A stretch of 27,406 nucleotides of DNA from a virus. Taxonomy: Duplodnaviria; Caudoviricetes. Position 1 is the stretch's first letter; the number at the start of each line of letters is the position of its first letter. The position numbers were made by a program, and so were the translations under genes. The stretch is from IMG/VR virus record IMGVR_UViG_3300017774_006498, positions 1-27,406 of that record; one strand, given 5' to 3'. The notes under the pieces are model-generated. The model was not told where the DNA came from and did not search any database. It saw only the letters and a list, made by a program, of their open reading frames with translations. Below are positions 26,179 through 27,406 of this stretch, piece by piece.

Positions 26179-26745
26179 ATGAAAGAAACCCAACTAAAAA
26201 AAGAATTCTCAGAACGTGATTTAAAACGTATGAGAAACATAATAACTAAAAAAACAGGCGATAAAACAGTAACGTCTGTTGGTTATACTAAAGTAGAAGA
26301 AATACATGAAGAAGGAGACGTGTGGGAAGAAAACGGACGTACTTGGACTATTAAAAATAATATTAAACGTAATGTTAGAAAAGTAGAATCTGCTGCTGTA
26401 CCTTTACTTTGTCCTAAATGTTCTAAATCTATGAATCATCATTTAGATGTTAAAATGTATAATATTCATCAAATGTGTTTACATTGTGTCACTGAAATGG
26501 AGAGTGAATTAAAAATGAAAGGGGAATATGAAGAATATGAACGCAATATGATCTTAAATAATGCTCGCTATACAGTAACAAATATAGAATCTGGATTAGA
26601 ACAATTTCTAGATGATATGATAAATGAATCGTATGCCATGGAAGATGGCACAATCCAAAATTGGTCAGGTGGTGTTAATAGAACAGAAGTAAAACAATTT
26701 ATTTTAGATAAGTTGCAAAAAATAAAAGATATAACCGAAAGTTAA
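26179..26745 (+). CDS. Hypothetical protein with CxxC..CxxC zinc finger
   Basis: CPKC...MCLHC; EGDVWEENGRTWTIK motif. Confidence 0.75.
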   Translation: MKETQLKKEFSERDLKRMRNIITKKTGDKTVTSVGYTKVEEIHEEGDVWEENGRTWTIKNNIKRNVRKVESAAVPLLCPKCSKSMNHHLDVKMYNIHQMCLHCVTEMESELKMKGEYEEYERNMILNNARYTVTNIESGLEQFLDDMINESYAMEDGTIQNWSGGVNRTEVKQFILDKLQKIKDITES

Positions 26746-26753
26746 TATTTATA
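26745..26753 (+). promoter_or_regulatory. ATATTTATA motif, putative late promoter
   Basis: Exact motif at the stop of the previous gene, 48 nt before ATG 26802. Confidence 0.55.
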
Positions 26754-26801
26754 ACTAATAATGGAAATCAAGTATTTAACTGATAAACACATTGAGGATA
26801 T

Positions 26802-27200
26802 ATGATAAAACTAATAGAGATAATCACAGAAGAAATTGATGAATATGATGTTGAAAATGAACAAGATCTAAAAGAATTTATCCAATTCATAAAAGAGTAT
26901 ACTCAAATGCTCAATGAAGCCGATTGTGGTTGTGTTACAGAAGCAGAATATCATGGACGCAAAGTTACATTGGGTAAACCAATGCAAGGTGATATTAAGA
27001 AATTTAAAGTATATGTTAAAAATAATAAGGGTAAAGTTGTAAAAGTTAATTTTGGCTTTGGTGGTAAATCCGCTAAAGGTAAAAGAATGGTGATTAAAGC
27101 CAAAAACCCTAAAAGACGAGCAGCATACAGAGCAAGACACAATTGTGACAACCCAGGACCACGTTGGAAAGCTAATTATTGGTCTTGTAAAAAGTGGTAA
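26802..27200 (+). CDS. Protein with MIKLIEIITE leader, acidic N-half and very basic C-terminal domain
   Basis: KKFKVYVKN..GKVVKVNFG...NPKRRAAYRARHNC...ANYWSCKKW C-terminal domain. Confidence 0.8.
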   Translation: MIKLIEIITEEIDEYDVENEQDLKEFIQFIKEYTQMLNEADCGCVTEAEYHGRKVTLGKPMQGDIKKFKVYVKNNKGKVVKVNFGFGGKSAKGKRMVIKAKNPKRRAAYRARHNCDNPGPRWKANYWSCKKW

Positions 27201-27201
27201 T

Positions 27202-27406
27202 ATGATTAAATTAATTGACATATTAAACGAGATATTAGAAGAAAAACTTTGCAAAAAAGGTGAAGCTTATCGTCAAAGAAGAATGAAACCTAAATCTAAA
27301 GGAGGTGGTGGTGAAAAATCTTCTGCTTATCTTTCTGGTCGTGCTTCAAAGGTATGTCAAGGATTAATGGAAGAAGATAACAAAATTATAACATGTGTTA
27401 AGTGTG
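27202..27406 (+). CDS. 3'-truncated protein with MIKLIDILNE leader (not in ORF track)
   Basis: ATG at 27202, open to the window end: MIKLIDILNEILEEKLCKKGEAYRQRRMKPKSKGGGGEKSSAYLSGRASKVCQG... Confidence 0.75.
   Translation, partial: MIKLIDILNEILEEKLCKKGEAYRQRRMKPKSKGGGGEKSSAYLSGRASKVCQGLMEEDNKIITCVKC

Noticed and set aside
26761-26805. 14-codon ORF MEIKYLTDKHIEDI overlapping the start of 26802
   Set aside because: Too short to support from sequence alone, although it follows the ATATTTATA motif and ends in an ATGA overlap.
4171-27254. Minus-strand and nested ORFs in the track (4171, 4509, 5669, 6148, 7716, 8642, 11398, 16726, 16754, 18961, 23018, 24329, 26868, 26951)
   Set aside because: All overlap longer, motif-supported + strand genes and have shadow-like composition with no recognisable motifs.
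1-27406. Stop-codon reassignment
   Set aside because: The standard code gives long, tightly packed ORFs; the TAG stops at 25330 and 26176 fall at plausible gene ends.

Overview
AT-rich, densely coding fragment of a large tailed phage genome with T4-like (myovirus) morphogenesis genes; all credible genes are on the + strand. Left to right: three small acidic proteins ending at a Rho-independent terminator; a short operon ending in a gp55-like sigma factor; a baseplate/tail module (gp5-like hub/spike, gp25- and gp6-like wedge proteins, a 1688-aa protein, tail-collar-like proteins); a variable adhesin/fibre block (Ig-like plus Pro/Ser/Thr-repeat proteins, an SHAEG-repeat fibre, a tandem gene duplication); then a kinase-like protein, GIY-YIG nuclease, DNA primase, PD-(D/E)XK nuclease and small proteins. 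A-rich leaders without Shine-Dalgarno sites and two TTG-N20-TA promoters suggest a Bacteroidota host (inference). Most notable signals: (1) two families of short N-terminal leaders ending in [IL]-x-E, shared by unrelated proteins, which look like a capsid-targeting/protease-cleavage cargo system; (2) a recurrent intergenic ATATTTATA motif whose core is the reverse complement of the T4 late promoter; (3) a structural gene apparently split around a ~4.8 kb adhesin cassette; (4) a pervasive [ST]-[GAS]-S motif concentrated in virion proteins. All functional calls come from motif recognition by eye; no database searches were run.
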